From Candidatus Eiseniibacteriota bacterium (GTDB taxonomy: Bacteria; Eisenbacteria; RBG-16-71-46; CAIMUX01; VGJL01): 64,000 nucleotides of DNA. Shown here piece after piece: positions 59,681-64,000 of the stretch. Numbering within the stretch: the stretch's first letter is position 1; each line of letters begins with the position of its first letter. The position numbers and the translations under genes are program-made. Where the stretch lies: NCBI GenBank assembly GCA_963792585.1, contig CAWBWI010000001.1:64001-128000 (forward strand), read 5' to 3'. The notes beneath the pieces are model-generated. The model was not told the origin of the DNA. It did not search any database and was given only the letters and a program-made list of their open reading frames with translations.

Positions 59681-62065
59681 TCAGGGTCGAGATGCGGAGT
59701 CAAGTCTCGGCGCGGCCGGCTGCGACCCCGAAGGGTGAATCAGGCGATCGAACCGCGGATCGCCGCGGAGAGGATCCCACTCCGGCTCGATCCGAGCGCG
59801 TGCGAGGACGAATGCCGGGCTGCCGGCCGCGGCGCCTTCGAGCAAGATCAGGGCTTCTTCTGCATCGCCACGCAACGCGTGAATTGCCGCAGCATAGTAG
59901 CGCGTGAATGGCTCGTCCGCGCCCAGCGCCAAGCGTCGAGAGAATGCATCGAGGCCGGCGGCGAACGACTCCTTGGCGCCCTCTCGGTCGCCCATCGCGA
60001 GCAAAGCGGCACCCAGCCGCAGGTGAAGCTCGATTCGGATCCGCGAACGCAGCGCGTGATCGAGTCGATCCGTGAACGCGAACTCGCTCGCGTGCGCTTC
60101 GCTCGCCTCGCGGAACCGACCCTGGAGGGCCAGGAGATGCCCCCTGCGCATGTAGGCCCCGACGAGTTGAACCCCTTGCTGCCCGGAAAGGAAAGCCTCC
60201 TGCAGCTCGATCGCCCGCTCCGCGGCACTCTCGCCGCGCGCGAAGTCGCGCAGGAGCGCCAGACAGTGGGCGAGCTGCATCCAGTACCAGCCGGCTTCCG
60301 GGTTGCGCTCCAGCGCCCGGCCATAGTACTCAGCGGCGCCTACGAAGTCCGCCCTGCCGATGAAGAGAGCCCGTCCCATACCACCGAGAATGCGGGCGTC
60401 CTCCGGGGCAAGGGAGATCGCGCGTTGTAGGCACTCCAAGCCTTCGTCCAGGTGGCCTTGCGCAACCAGCGTCATGCCCAGCTCGCGCCACACGCGCGGC
60501 AGGCGGGGGCGCGACTTCAGGGCGCGCCGGAGGATCGAGACCGCGCGCTCGTGCAGTTCGGGAGCCGCCAGATAGTCTGCCTTCTGCGCCCACGCTGCCC
60601 CCAGTTCGATCTGGGCGCGCGCATAATCAGGATCGAGCGTCAGGGCCCGCTCGAAGAACAGGATCCCCCGGTCGAGTGACTCGTAGCTGTCGGCGCGCAT
60701 GTTGAGAAGCCCCTTCGAGAGCGCTTCATAGGCGGCGAGGATCTGCGTTTCTTCCCCCTCGTGCGCCGCCGCCACGGTCTTGCGCAACCCGGCGACCAGG
60801 TCGGCGACGATCCTGTCCTGCAGGGCGAATAGAGCCTCCAAGCGGCCATCATTTCGTGTGGCGCGCAGTACGCGTCCCGATTCGACTTCCACGACGCGGG
60901 TGGTGACCCTCACCTGCTCGCCCATGCGCTGGAATCCACCGGCCACGACCCACCGCGCCCCGGTCGCCCGTCCCAACTGCACCGCATGCTCGGACCCGAG
61001 CTCAGCTCCCTCGATCCCCAAACGCCGGAGATTCGCCCGAAGCCGTTCCCGTCCCCAGATCTCCAGCCCCTCGATCTCCTGCAGCGCCGTAGTGACCGTA
61101 TCCGTGAGCCCGATCCCCAGCCACTCGTCCTCGGGCTGCAGGGTGATGTTCGCAAAACCGGCGACGGCCACCGTGAGCGTCCCCTCCGCGGGGGCCGGCA
61201 TCGTCGTTGTCCCTGCGCGCAGGCGGCTGAGATCGTCGCGGACCTCGGCGAGGTCCTTCGGGCGTGCGGCCATCGACTTGGCCAGCATCCGCGCCACGAG
61301 ATGCTCGACCTCGGGTAGACGCGGGTCCGTGAAACGGACGGGGAGTGGGGGAGGATCTCGGTGCAGAACCGCGTCGGTGATCTGAATGAAGTTGTCCCCC
61401 TCGAACGGCCGTCTGCCCGCCAGCAGCTCGTAGAGCACGATGCCCAGGGAAAAGAGATCCGACCGGGCGTCCAGAGGCTGCCCCAAGGCCTGCTCCGGCG
61501 ACATGTAATGCGGAGTCCCCGCGATCGGATCTTCGAGCGGGACCGTCTCATCCCGGCTTGACGTATGGGCGTCGCCGGCGAGGCGCGGCTGGGGCTGTGC
61601 GAGTCCGAAATCCAGGATCTTGAGACGGCCCTGGGTCACCATCATGTTCGAGGGCTTCACGTCGCGGTGGATGATCCCGCGTGCGTGCGCCTCGGCGAGC
61701 GCGTCGGCGGCCTGGCTCATGAGGTCGAGGATTTCGTCGAGCGAGAGCGAACCAGCCGCCGCCAGCTCCTCCAGCGTCACGCCGGGCACGTACTCCATGG
61801 CGAGCAGATAGACGTGACCGTCGGGAGTGTCGGATTCCTCCACGTCGTAGATGACGGCGATGTTCGGGTGGTTCAAGGCCGAGGCCGCGCGCGCTTCGCG
61901 CAGGAGGCGCGCCCGCTCATTCTCCTCGCAACCCGGCTTCTGGCGGAGCAGCTTGAGGGCCACGGGCCGGTGGAGTCGCAGGTCCTCGGCCAAGAACACA
62001 TCTCCCATTCCGCCCCGGCCGAGCCGTTCGACGATGCGGTAGTGGGACAGGGTTGTGCCGATCAT
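59681..62065 (-). CDS. Hanks-type Ser/Thr protein kinase with TolB-N-like and TPR domains
   Basis: LGRGGMGDV; VALK; HRDVKPSN; DFGLA; GTPHYMSPEQ; TPR repeats; LRGDPRF tail. Confidence 0.95.
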   Translation of the reverse strand: MIGTTLSHYRIVERLGRGGMGDVFLAEDLRLHRPVALKLLRQKPGCEENERARLLREARAASALNHPNIAVIYDVEESDTPDGHVYLLAMEYVPGVTLEELAAAGSLSLDEILDLMSQAADALAEAHARGIIHRDVKPSNMMVTQGRLKILDFGLAQPQPRLAGDAHTSSRDETVPLEDPIAGTPHYMSPEQALGQPLDARSDLFSLGIVLYELLAGRRPFEGDNFIQITDAVLHRDPPPLPVRFTDPRLPEVEHLVARMLAKSMAARPKDLAEVRDDLSRLRAGTTTMPAPAEGTLTVAVAGFANITLQPEDEWLGIGLTDTVTTALQEIEGLEIWGRERLRANLRRLGIEGAELGSEHAVQLGRATGARWVVAGGFQRMGEQVRVTTRVVEVESGRVLRATRNDGRLEALFALQDRIVADLVAGLRKTVAAAHEGEETQILAAYEALSKGLLNMRADSYESLDRGILFFERALTLDPDYARAQIELGAAWAQKADYLAAPELHERAVSILRRALKSRPRLPRVWRELGMTLVAQGHLDEGLECLQRAISLAPEDARILGGMGRALFIGRADFVGAAEYYGRALERNPEAGWYWMQLAHCLALLRDFARGESAAERAIELQEAFLSGQQGVQLVGAYMRRGHLLALQGRFREASEAHASEFAFTDRLDHALRSRIRIELHLRLGAALLAMGDREGAKESFAAGLDAFSRRLALGADEPFTRYYAAAIHALRGDAEEALILLEGAAAGSPAFVLARARIEPEWDPLRGDPRFDRLIHPSGSQPAAPRLDSASRP

Positions 62066-62366
62066 CCGGTGTGTCCTCGCCCGGAGCGGAGCCGGCGCGC
62101 GCGGCGCATCCCGCGTGAGCCGCACGGGAAGCGCGGGACCGATCGAACCACACAGACGGGTTCTTTCCTTGCCATGACGGACGATCTTAGCGACAGCCCG
62201 CCGGCGTGGCGAGCCCAGGCTGCCGCGAGGGCAAGTTGTCGCGAGCCCCCGGCTCCCGCATGGCCCCCAACCGCTGCCGCGCCTCCCGCCGATGCTCCTG
62301 ACTGGTCCCGTCTTGGCAGCTTCCGGCTTGCCGAAGGCCCGTCCGAGCCTGACCCCGTCCGATGGA

Positions 62367-62852
62367 CTACCGCGGAATCCTCGCGGAGTCCTCCGGCGTC
62401 AATTCGAAACTGGCCCCATGAGCTGCAGGCTCGAACGTGGCTCCGGTCTTTGCCCTCTGCAGGAAGGCGGGGTAGACCCCGCCCTTCGTCAAGACAGGCG
62501 CCTGCCTTGGCCCGGCCCAGCCGGCCTCCGCTGGATTCACGATCGCGTATTCGATGACCAGGAACGCCCCTATCTCGAGCCCGCCCCCGCTTCGTTCCAC
62601 GGCGAGCACCTCCACCTCGGCTCTCACAGCGGTCCTTGCCGAATCGACGTCCCGCGTCGTCACGGCTTTGACCTCGATGATCAAGACTTCGGACGCCTTG
62701 ATCCGCAGCGCATCGTAGGATCCCGGCGGGAGCGCCGCTCGCGCCGCCCCTACAGCGAGTCCTGCCAGCAAGATTGTGAACGCTAGAACGAATCGAGCCG
62801 CCTTGGGCCGAGGCCCAGTCCTGGGAATCCTCGCCGTATCTATGGAATGCAT
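62367..62852 (-). CDS. Hypothetical secreted protein
   Basis: AGGAGG and ATG at 62852; signal peptide ARA-ALPP. Confidence 0.7.
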   Translation of the reverse strand: MHSIDTARIPRTGPRPKAARFVLAFTILLAGLAVGAARAALPPGSYDALRIKASEVLIIEVKAVTTRDVDSARTAVRAEVEVLAVERSGGGLEIGAFLVIEYAIVNPAEAGWAGPRQAPVLTKGGVYPAFLQRAKTGATFEPAAHGASFELTPEDSARIPR

Positions 62853-63146
62853 GCCGCACCTCCTCCTATGCTCGTTTGGTCCACGATATGCCAAGACCCC
62901 CGTCTGCCTCCGTTTGCGCTCCTTGCCCACCGTCGCCCAATAGGCAATCGCCCAGGGGGTTGCGCGATCGATTATCCGAACCCAGACTCTGAAGACCTAC
63001 CGCTGAGTTGACCGGGACTTCCCCTTCACATCGCTGATGCCAATCCGGTATATTCGCTCGTTTCCTCGGGTCGGATGCCGGGTTCACGCCTCGCCGACGG
63101 GGGAACAGCGAACCCTACTCAACATCAATACCGGGAGGACGGAATC

Positions 63147-64000
63147 ATGCGGCGATTCTCGCACGCTTTGAGTGCATCGATAGTTGGTGTGTCCCTCGCC
63201 TTCGCGGCGCTGTCGGGGTGTTCGGACGGCAACGGCGGAAAGTCAACCAACCCTGACGTGACCCCACCCCTGCTTTCCTCGATCCAACCCGACACGGTGG
63301 TGGCGGGAACAACGGCACGCCTTCGCGGCGAGCGGTTCGGCTCCACGCGCGGCGCAAGCCAGGTAATGTTCGGGACGCGGAACGCTCAAAGCCTGACGTG
63401 GACATCGACCAAGATCCTCGCGGTCGTTCCCGATGACGTCACGCCGGGGAACGCTAGCGTGGTCGTCGACGGTGAGGAGAGCAATCTCCTGCCCTTCAAG
63501 ACGGCGAACAAGCCCCCGGTGATCGAGCAGATGCTGCCCACGAGCGGTGAGGTCGGCGGGACGATCCAGATCAAGGGCCGCCTCTTCGGTGTCGCGAAGA
63601 AGGACGGCAAGGTCCGCTTCGACTCGATCGAGGCGACCACGACCGCGTGGAGCGACACCGCCCTGCAGGCGGTGATTCCGGCCGGCGCCCAGACGGGCCC
63701 GGTTCGGGTCGTCGCCCGCGGGCTGGAGAGCAACCCGGTCGCATTCACCCTCATCGCGCCGATCGCCCCCCTGATCGAATCGGTCGTGCCGGACAGCGGC
63801 GCTCCAGGGACGACGGTGCTCATCCACGGCCAACGATTCGGCACCTCCAAACTGCCGGGGCAGGTCAGGCTCGGCGGCGCGTTCGCCGTCATCTCCGACT
63901 GGAGCGACACGGCCATCGAGATCAGTGTCCCCCAAGCCGCGGCGCCCGGAAGCCAAACCGTCCAGGTCATCGCCGGCGAGGAAGTAAGCAACACGTACCC
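63147..64000 (+). CDS. IPT/TIG-domain lipoprotein (runs off the window end; not in the ORF track)
   Basis: GGAGG and ATG; lipobox LSGC; three repeats of PxIxxxxP...GxxFG...WSDTxI...VP. Confidence 0.85.
   Translation, partial: MRRFSHALSASIVGVSLAFAALSGCSDGNGGKSTNPDVTPPLLSSIQPDTVVAGTTARLRGERFGSTRGASQVMFGTRNAQSLTWTSTKILAVVPDDVTPGNASVVVDGEESNLLPFKTANKPPVIEQMLPTSGEVGGTIQIKGRLFGVAKKDGKVRFDSIEATTTAWSDTALQAVIPAGAQTGPVRVVARGLESNPVAFTLIAPIAPLIESVVPDSGAPGTTVLIHGQRFGTSKLPGQVRLGGAFAVISDWSDTAIEISVPQAAAPGSQTVQVIAGEEVSNTY

Noticed and set aside
59681..62065. Kinase-TPR protein considered as a novel system
   Set aside because: This is a common architecture, and no linked partner genes are evident.
1..64000. 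Many long antisense or alternate-frame ORFs (for example 12252..14897 -, 25504..27855 -, 33156..35555 +, 39774..42236 +)
   Set aside because: These are Arg/Pro/Ala-rich shadow ORFs of real genes in high-GC DNA, with no recognisable motifs.

Overview
GC-rich bacterial DNA dominated by secreted and surface-protein genes. The C-terminal tags (FlgD-Ig/T9SS-A-like domains and a short '...TWGxVKxxFR' tail) suggest an FCB-group lineage such as Ca. Eisenbacteria or a relative; this is an inference. Recognisable genes: a frameshifted M4/M36-type metalloprotease, an RRM RNA-binding protein, a HypD-type glycyl radical enzyme with its activase, a radical SAM/SPASM protein, a class I/II aminotransferase, tRNA-Leu(TAA), a PEP-CTERM protein, a metal-stress cluster (sigma54 promoter, metallothionein-like protein, CopB-type ATPase), a DUF692 (MNIO) enzyme with its partner, a TonB-dependent receptor plus two receptor remnants, several large beta-propeller proteins, a DUF222-like/HNH nuclease behind an SOS-box-like palindrome, NDH-2 and a Ser/Thr kinase-TPR protein. 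Most notable signals: (1) four signal-peptide proteins from three unrelated families share a terminal [TV]P[TV]xx[TS][TS]WGxV[KR]xx[FY]R-stop motif, a candidate uncharacterised sorting signal; (2) a divergent MNIO pair with no visible precursor, bracketed by a duplicated TonB-receptor 3' end and next to copper genes; (3) a canonical 60-bp attC site plus degenerate ones, marking a decaying integron cassette array with no integrase in the window; (4) two copies of an anti-Shine-Dalgarno plus terminator element (candidate sRNA). Several single-base frameshifts may be sequencing errors. All family assignments come from motif recognition by eye, not from database searches.
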